Shown here one piece after another: positions 58,148 through 64,000 of a stretch of 64,000 nucleotides of DNA. The stretch is from an uncultured Pseudomonadales bacterium (GTDB lineage: Bacteria > Patescibacteriota > Microgenomatia > UBA1400 > PJMF01), in NCBI GenBank assembly GCA_964511345.1, contig CAZEEV010000001.1, positions 72,089 to 136,088 of the forward strand, written 5' to 3'. Position numbers and translations under genes: made by a program. Positions within the stretch are counted from its first letter, which is position 1. The number at the start of each line of letters is the position of its first letter. Under the pieces are notes generated by a model, which worked only from the letters and a program-made list of their open reading frames with translations, searched no databases and had not been told where the DNA came from.

Positions 58148-58870
58148 ATGAGGCTAAGAAAGGTAGAAATGAACAGATCAGCTCTCGAAATGGCAGCAAG
58201 TATTGGGGTCGACCCAACACAAATGAATGAACAATGGAGATCGCTTAATGGTATTAATTTATCGTCGGCACTAAAAGATTTGGGGAAAGAAATTAACATT
58301 AGTGATTTGCAGTGGAATACAATTCTGGCTCAAGCAGGGTTAGGATTAATGAACAGCTTGGATTCCAGAATTGTTTCATTACAAAATAAAGCTGTTGAGC
58401 AAGCAACTGCCATTGAATTAAGACAAATGTTTGGCAAACCATTGTCTTTATTAGCTATGCCGGTTTTTGTCGAATTAGAAAAAATAGAGGTTGCTTCCAA
58501 GGTTTCTTTGAAAGAAGAGTCAATTTCCATGTCTCAAATTTGGGAGCAAATTAACAATCGCTTGCTTTATATGATTCAACTTTTTTTAGCTGAAAGAATT
58601 AACTCATTGGAAGAAGAAAAAAAGTCTCATGAAGAAGCTTTGAAAAATTCAAAGGCGGAAGCTGAAGGAATGCCTGCTTTGGCAGAAACAAGCAAAGAAG
58701 TTGGGGAGCAGTTTGATAAAAAATTTAAAACGTTAGATAAAGAAAAAGAGTCTTTATTAAATATTTTTAATAAAGTAACAAAAAACATAGCTGGTTCGAT
58801 TGAAAATGTATTTGAAACAACAGTTTTTAGTGCTAGTTTGCAAAGTGTTAATCCAGCGCCAGTTCAGTAA
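58148..58870 (+). CDS. Hypothetical protein (probable true start at 58169, MNRSALEM, with AAGGT SD)
   Basis: ORF of 240 aa; the listed ATG is buried in a 10-bp hairpin; acidic coiled-coil C-terminal half. Confidence 0.5.
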   Translation: MRLRKVEMNRSALEMAASIGVDPTQMNEQWRSLNGINLSSALKDLGKEINISDLQWNTILAQAGLGLMNSLDSRIVSLQNKAVEQATAIELRQMFGKPLSLLAMPVFVELEKIEVASKVSLKEESISMSQIWEQINNRLLYMIQLFLAERINSLEEEKKSHEEALKNSKAEAEGMPALAETSKEVGEQFDKKFKTLDKEKESLLNIFNKVTKNIAGSIENVFETTVFSASLQSVNPAPVQ

Positions 58871-58918
58871 CTCTGGAACAGAGTGATAAGAGAGATAGGC
58901 GTTTCTAGATAAAGACAA

Positions 58919-59290
58919 TTAGTTTTGAGAAATTTGCAGTTTGTGAGACCTCCTGTATTCTGGCAGTATCTTTTCAAGCCATTTTTTCTTCCCATTGCCT
59001 TTTTTTATTTCAGTTTCTCCTTCTTCAAATAGAAAATGGTCCTCTGTATATGTACCATTAGGTTTTATATATCTAATACCAATTACAAAGCAGTTTTTTC
59101 TTGAGATTGGTATTGAAAAGCTTTTATTAACAATTTTATGATTTGCTGGTCTCAACCCTGTGCCTTGATTTTGTAACAATTCTATGGCTTTATTGAATAC
59201 TATTTTTCCATTCTCTTTGGTCTGATTTGCGTAATAGTTATCACTACAAATTTTTAGTTCATCATATGGATTAAGTTTTTGACTTGACAT
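58919..59290 (-). CDS. Hypothetical 123-aa protein, second gene of the two-gene unit 3' of tRNA-Gln
   Basis: ORF only; no recognised motif. Confidence 0.4.
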   Translation of the reverse strand: MSSQKLNPYDELKICSDNYYANQTKENGKIVFNKAIELLQNQGTGLRPANHKIVNKSFSIPISRKNCFVIGIRYIKPNGTYTEDHFLFEEGETEIKKGNGKKKWLEKILPEYRRSHKLQISQN

Positions 59291-59366
59291 AATTATTTTT
59301 CAGTTTTCTATTTATTAAATCATCAGGTAATTTTTTTACTTAGCTGTAAAATCTCTAGAGTTTTTT

Positions 59367-60254
59367 CTATACTCGCTGTTGCTTCTTAATTCTTTTTAAT
59401 TCAAAAATACTTTTTTGCTCACCCACTGGCAACTTTTCTTCTATTATAATCCCGATACCAGAAAGTAATATGTCACAGGTTTTATAAAAAATTGTTGTAC
59501 AAAAATCATCCAAATCTTGCTCTTTTGATAATGGCCGATTATTGACTTTAATTGGCATTGCCTTTGATTTGATTACTCCAATTTTTGAATTATCATGAAC
59601 AAATTGAATATTTATCGTGCCAGTTGAAAGTGACCCAGCGTGTACTGCGTAATTCCTTCTAGATTTAGTCCCATTGTCGTTCTTAAACTCATTGATGAGT
59701 TGAAGAAAAGGTTGAGAATCGAGAAATTGTTTAATTTGAGCCCCGAATCCTGAAACTTTATCAATTTGATTCATTTCATTGATTAATTTCATTATGTTGT
59801 CTGACTTAAAACCAATTATTGATGAAAAAATAATCGCCAAAATATCCAATGAACTTCTTAGTGTCACAAGCATTGCTTCATAGTCATATCCAATTGGTTC
59901 GTAACTTGTACCAAAACTACCCCAGGTCCTAGCTGGAATTTTTGACTTTCTTTTTCTAGCAACTTCCGTACCCAAGTCTATTATTAATTTTTCATTTTCT
60001 TTTATTCGTTGAAGATGATAAAAACTACCGTTAATTTTGTTGAAAAGGCTTGATAATTGACCTTTGAAGAGATCTAAATCAACTAAATTATTTTTTAAAT
60101 TGTTTTTTTTTCTTTCCAAAATTTTTAAATAGTTAGTTTGGGCGAGCCAAGTATAGTGGGGCCAATACAATTCTCTTAAGGTATACATTTTATCGATGAG
60201 TATAAGTTCGTCTTCTGAAAGCTGCGGTATCACAAAATCGTCATTGCCTATCAT
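59367..60254 (-). CDS. Hypothetical 295-aa protein, first gene 3' of tRNA-Gln
   Basis: ORF only; no recognised motif. Confidence 0.45.
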   Translation of the reverse strand: MIGNDDFVIPQLSEDELILIDKMYTLRELYWPHYTWLAQTNYLKILERKKNNLKNNLVDLDLFKGQLSSLFNKINGSFYHLQRIKENEKLIIDLGTEVARKRKSKIPARTWGSFGTSYEPIGYDYEAMLVTLRSSLDILAIIFSSIIGFKSDNIMKLINEMNQIDKVSGFGAQIKQFLDSQPFLQLINEFKNDNGTKSRRNYAVHAGSLSTGTINIQFVHDNSKIGVIKSKAMPIKVNNRPLSKEQDLDDFCTTIFYKTCDILLSGIGIIIEEKLPVGEQKSIFELKRIKKQQRV

Positions 60255-60327
60255 ATTTATCTTTTTTTATATTTCTCAATTATCTGCGATGGACCTAGAG
60301 TCGCTATGGGTTCAAAATCGGTTGGTG

Positions 60328-60398
60328 ATCCCGGGCCAGGATTCGAACCTAGAATAATTGATTCAGAGTCAATGGTGATGCCATTTCACTACCCGGGA
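60328..60398 (-). tRNA. tRNA-Gln (anticodon CUG), 71 nt, U1:A72 acceptor pair, no encoded CCA
   Basis: Manual fold of TCCCGGG-TA-GTGA-AATGGCA-TCAC-C-ATTGA-CTCTGAA-TCAAT-TATT-CTAGG-TTCGAAT-CCTGG-CCCGGGA-T. Perfect 7-bp acceptor, canonical T-loop. Confidence 0.8.
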
Positions 60399-60510
60399 GG
60401 GTAAATTTTATGTTTTTTTACCTTCTGATTATATAACAAATATTAGTAAACATGGAATTAATTCTTGAGGGGATAAAATCATTGATAAATTATTTATCCC
60501 CTCAATTTAT

Positions 60511-60861
60511 TTAGGTTTTTTGGATGGTATCGTTAGTTATTAAATATACATAAACGGTGTTACAGTTTTCTGTTCCTCCTCCAGAATCGCCTTTCATTCC
60601 TAAGCTCAAAAAATATTTTTCAATTATTCTAACCTCTTCTTCATTACTTGAAACTCTATAAATCCATCCGTAACTATTTTTATTCACACAATGTTCTTCA
60701 AAAAGTCTTCGTTCGACATTATTAGTTATTCCTACATAACAATTTTCAATTGATATTCTTTTTATGTTTAGATAATTAATAATTTCTGTAATAATTTGGT
60801 TCGCGTTCATAACCCCTTTTTTAAATGGTCTATTTGTCATCCTCTTTACATACAAACACAT
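60511..60861 (-). CDS. GIY-YIG nuclease-domain small protein
   Basis: CYVGITNNVERRLFEEH (YIG + RRLxEH), downstream conserved Glu region, and a YVYLI GIY-like motif at the C-terminus. Confidence 0.55.
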   Translation of the reverse strand: MCLYVKRMTNRPFKKGVMNANQIITEIINYLNIKRISIENCYVGITNNVERRLFEEHCVNKNSYGWIYRVSSNEEEVRIIEKYFLSLGMKGDSGGGTENCNTVYVYLITNDTIQKT

Positions 60862-61062
60862 TTTATAGATAATAAAATTACAACAAATGATGGGAGCGGA
60901 GAGGATTAGTTTCTTTCCGCTTCTAGTTTGCCAAACTAATTTTTTGGCGTTATTCCTTTTTTTTACAAAAACTAATCGCGAATTATGACACTAAATATGG
61001 GGAACTGTAAATTATATATCTATATATAAAAATATATAGGACTAAGTCAATTTTGAGAGTTA

Positions 61063-62556
61063 TTACTTTTTTATCTCCCAAACCTGCAAACATGGGGCTT
61101 GGTTGGGTCGGCAGAAGCTTGCTAAGAGGTCAGATTCAGGTAGATCCATTTTTAAGCGATGTGAGTTAACCACTAATAATTTAACCTCAAATTTGTCGGC
61201 TTTTTGCCAAAAAAAGTTGGGGATTTCTCTGATTGGCTGCCCAATGCCTTCAACATAAATATTTTCTACATTTTTATTGTGTAAATTTAGGAGTATGCCA
61301 TCTGGGAGAGTTCCAAAATAGCCTTCGGTGGCGACAGCGACTTTTTTAGTTTTAGCCAGTTCTTCGATTAAGGCAGTGACTTCTTTAATGCCATGTCCAG
61401 ACGACCATTCTTCTAGATATTGTGACCTATCTGCCTTGCTAAGCTGTAATTGGTCAGTGTCAAAGTAGGCATTTTTAATGAATAAAATACTGGGAATTAA
61501 GATTAATGAGAAGACTAGGTATTGTAAAATTTTTCTATTTTTTAAATTTTGAATTGAAATAGCAGCAGAAGTAATGAAAAACAGACTGCTTGGTAAAGCA
61601 TAGCGAGAATAAAGAATTTTTCCTAAAAAGATTAGGGGTAATAAGAAAACAACACCTGAAAGAAACAAAACGGCTTGTTTTCGTCTAGTTTTGTTGAAAA
61701 GTGGTAAAGATAAGATTAAAACAATGGGTCCCAAATAAAGCCAAAGGTGTTCTAGAAAAAAAGTGCTATTTCTAATGATAATATGCAAAATTTCTGAAGA
61801 AAAAACAGTTTTTGGATCTTGTAAAAAATTTCCTCCTACGGCAAATAGTTGAGTGAAAAGAGGCACGATTCTGAAACTGTAGAAACTAAGGCCAGCAATT
61901 AATACACCAAAACTAATTTTGAAAAATTTATTGAAAATAAACTTTAAATTAATTTTTTCTTCAAAGAAAATAGTTAAATAAAATACAGGAGTAAATAACA
62001 AAGCTGGAGTTTTACTCATAATACTGAGTAAAAAGAAGAAGGCTAAGCCCAAAATTGACCAAGGATTTTTGTGTTTAATAATTCTTAAACTAAAATAATA
62101 AGCAATGCTTAGGTTAGCAAATAGCAAGGCGTCAGTAATAGCTAGGCGATTATGAAAAAAAGTAAAAGGCAGAACACTAAATAAAAACATTGCCACTAAA
62201 GCTGCCTTTTTTTCTTTAAGTTGTTTTAAAATCAAATAAATAAAAACAGTGCTTAGTGCCCCAGCTAACAAAGATAAAAATCTGGCAGCAAACAATTGAT
62301 TACTAAAAATTTTCAAAAAAGGCACAATAAGCCACATTAAAAGTGGAGTTTTGCCATCATTCATGGGATAAAAGAAATAGCGCTTGTAGTCATCAATTAT
62401 TAATTGTGACCAACGAATATAGATTGATTCATCAGCAAAAACTGGCAAAGATGTCAATTTAAAAAAATTTAAGCCGAGATATAAAGCCAACAACAAAACA
62501 AACAAAAATAAATTTTTATTTTTCACGTCTTCTATTAAATAGGAAAACAACCCCAC
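61063..62556 (-). CDS. GT-C fold membrane glycosyltransferase (GT39/ArnT-like), second paralog
   Basis: SLPVFADESIYIRW N-terminal DE-loop motif, around 12 TM helices, soluble C-terminal domain. Confidence 0.65.
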   Translation of the reverse strand: MGLFSYLIEDVKNKNLFLFVLLLALYLGLNFFKLTSLPVFADESIYIRWSQLIIDDYKRYFFYPMNDGKTPLLMWLIVPFLKIFSNQLFAARFLSLLAGALSTVFIYLILKQLKEKKAALVAMFLFSVLPFTFFHNRLAITDALLFANLSIAYYFSLRIIKHKNPWSILGLAFFFLLSIMSKTPALLFTPVFYLTIFFEEKINLKFIFNKFFKISFGVLIAGLSFYSFRIVPLFTQLFAVGGNFLQDPKTVFSSEILHIIIRNSTFFLEHLWLYLGPIVLILSLPLFNKTRRKQAVLFLSGVVFLLPLIFLGKILYSRYALPSSLFFITSAAISIQNLKNRKILQYLVFSLILIPSILFIKNAYFDTDQLQLSKADRSQYLEEWSSGHGIKEVTALIEELAKTKKVAVATEGYFGTLPDGILLNLHNKNVENIYVEGIGQPIREIPNFFWQKADKFEVKLLVVNSHRLKMDLPESDLLASFCRPNQAPCLQVWEIKK

Positions 62557-63709
62557 TAAGCAAGAGGTAGAAGCCAGGGATAGACCAGGTGATTATTTTT
62601 TGTAATGGGAAAAGCGAGCTGCTATCCAGATGAAAACTCATCCACGGGACATAATAGAGCCAAGGGAGATAGCGCAATAATGAAGACAAGGAAAAAACAA
62701 TTAAAAGATTTCTAATAAATTTCTTCTTGATTAAAGGTAAAAAAATCAGTGACCAGAGTAAATACCAAGGCAGAAAATATTTTGAACGCTCGATTAATAA
62801 GGGTGCAAACATAGCAATAGCCGCCAAATCAAAAATATATGAAGTTTTAATCAATTTTTCCAATTGTTTTCTAAATAAGAAATAAATTATGAAAGGTAAC
62901 AGAGCAATCGTAGCGAATTTAATAGAAATTGATACAGCCATTAAAAGAATGATTAAAAATATTTTTAAAAGTTTTTTATTTTGAAAATTGCTGGCAAGAT
63001 AAATCGCTAATAATGCTGGAGCAAGCATCCATAAATCGTTATGAGCACTACTGAGAACTTCAATTAAGAGAAGTGGATTTAAAAAAAACAGAGCGATCTT
63101 AGAATAATTGTTTTGTTTGGAAAGTTTCTCAACAACCAATAAAGCAAAGATTAAGGAAAGTAAAGCAAAAAATTTAAAGATAATAAAAGTGGAGAAAAAT
63201 TTACTAAAACCAGCTAAATATGGCAATATGGACAGTGCTGTCCAACCATAACCGTAGGGAGCGGGAGTGTGGATATTATTCATGAAACGAAGCATGGGTT
63301 CATCAGGAAAATTTAATGCTGTTTTGATGTGAGGATTGGCTCCGAATTCCACTACCATCCTGGCATTAAAGATGTAATTAAAGAGATCATGTGAGAGGGC
63401 ATTGTAAGAAAATACCAAGGGCAAACTAATTAAAATTAAAAATTTCCAGAAACTTTTTCGAGTATTAAGATTTAGTTTTGACCAATTTTTTAAAATTAAC
63501 AGATAGTTAACAAAAATTAATATGATTAATATTCCATAAAAAATAGTTCTAAAATTTTGCATTGGCAAAATATTTTTCCATAAATAAGTTTGAAAAGAGA
63601 TAAAATAATCAGACTTAAGTAGAATTAAATTAGGATCTGTGAGAACAAAAGAAAAAAGCGCAAAAATTACAAACAACAAGAAATAGCTAATCAATAAAAT
63701 GTTTTTCAT
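62516..63709 (-). CDS. Polytopic membrane protein, GT-C-like/DUF2029-like putative glycosyltransferase
   Basis: 397 aa, 10+ TM helices, conserved HDLFNYIFNARM loop after TM; overlaps neighbours at both ends (operon). Confidence 0.5.
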   Translation of the reverse strand: MKNILLISYFLLFVIFALFSFVLTDPNLILLKSDYFISFQTYLWKNILPMQNFRTIFYGILIILIFVNYLLILKNWSKLNLNTRKSFWKFLILISLPLVFSYNALSHDLFNYIFNARMVVEFGANPHIKTALNFPDEPMLRFMNNIHTPAPYGYGWTALSILPYLAGFSKFFSTFIIFKFFALLSLIFALLVVEKLSKQNNYSKIALFFLNPLLLIEVLSSAHNDLWMLAPALLAIYLASNFQNKKLLKIFLIILLMAVSISIKFATIALLPFIIYFLFRKQLEKLIKTSYIFDLAAIAMFAPLLIERSKYFLPWYLLWSLIFLPLIKKKFIRNLLIVFSLSSLLRYLPWLYYVPWMSFHLDSSSLFPLQKIITWSIPGFYLLLSGVVFLFNRRREK

Positions 63710-64000
63710 TTTTTTGGATATTTATTTGTCCAGTCAGCTAGTTTGATGCGCAAAATATCGGCAAACATTAAGAAAGAATCTCGTAATGGATTAACTCGAT
63801 TAGTTTGAAAATGTTTCCACAGGATTGGCACTTCTTTTAAACTGAAACCATATTTTTTGGCTAAGTATAAAAGCTCAACATCAAAGGCTCCAGTAAAAGC
63901 GTCTTGGCGTTCGTTTTCTCCAGAATAAACATATAAGTTGGCAAACAATTTTTCAGTTGCTGCTTCTGAAAACAATTTAAAGCCACATTGGCTATCTTGT
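63706..64000 (-). CDS. GT2 polyprenyl-phosphate sugar synthase (DPM1/ArnC/GtrB-like), 3' part only; gene continues beyond window end
   Basis: Frame open to nt 64000. Contains QDSQCGFKLFS (D-x-QCGFK[LA]F signature of DPM1-like GT2) and C-terminal VNPLRD. Confidence 0.7.
   Translation of the reverse strand, partial: QDSQCGFKLFSEAATEKLFANLYVYSGENERQDAFTGAFDVELLYLAKKYGFSLKEVPILWKHFQTNRVNPLRDSFLMFADILRIKLADWTNKYPKK

Noticed and set aside
60862-61062. TA-rich low-complexity stretch (aaattatatatctatatataaaaatatatag) as a possible repeat/CRISPR-like element
   Set aside because: Single short TA microsatellite-like run without repeat-spacer periodicity. Most simply an AT-rich promoter/UP-element region between two minus-strand genes.
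1-64000. CRISPR arrays, rRNA genes, IS elements/transposase genes
   Set aside because: No regularly spaced direct repeats, no rRNA-like conserved blocks, and no DDE/HUH transposase motifs or terminal inverted repeats were seen on either strand.

Overview
This window is a low-GC contig from a small, metabolically reduced bacterium. Short aaRS variants, many GT-C membrane glycosyltransferases and PFL/ACD fermentation genes suggest a CPR/Patescibacteria-like genome, but that is inference only. Most of it is housekeeping backbone, read left to right. A partial maf starts the window, followed by an envelope-glycosylation cluster (UbiA/DPPR-synthase-like, GT4, GT-C, processive GT2). Then come tatD, metG, rmuC, a secreted hydrolase, aspS, a PBP5-like carboxypeptidase, gltX, ybeY, dnaX-ybaB, rdgB, a class I FbaB aldolase and a P-type ATPase. 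After the island lie frr, rseP, secDF, cca, recJ, a DsbA-like protein, prmC, pflB-pflA-ACD, a coaD-coaE fusion, xth and a second GT-C/GT2 cluster at the right edge. Two tRNAs sit on the minus strand: tRNA-Glu(CUC) at 33170..33241 and tRNA-Gln(CUG) at 60328..60398. The main item is an accessory island of about 8.8 kb (24.47-33.24 kb) lying 3' of tRNA-Glu. It carries a large serine recombinase whose C-terminus overlaps the tRNA 3' half. Its cargo is an OLD-family ATPase-TOPRIM nuclease converging on a tiny 2-TM protein, an XRE repressor, and a divergent operon of a 77-aa protein, an SDH/ClpP-like serine protease and a 784-aa orphan protein. I read this as a candidate undescribed defence/abortive-infection module. 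A second, smaller orphan-gene cluster with a GIY-YIG protein flanks tRNA-Gln. Several structured noncoding elements are also reported: an SD-preceded zinc-knuckle sORF with flanking hairpins upstream of aspS, an attenuator-like leader at 58.0 kb, and operator-like inverted repeats at island gene starts. No CRISPR array, rRNA or obvious IS element was seen. All calls rest on motif recognition by eye; no database search was possible.
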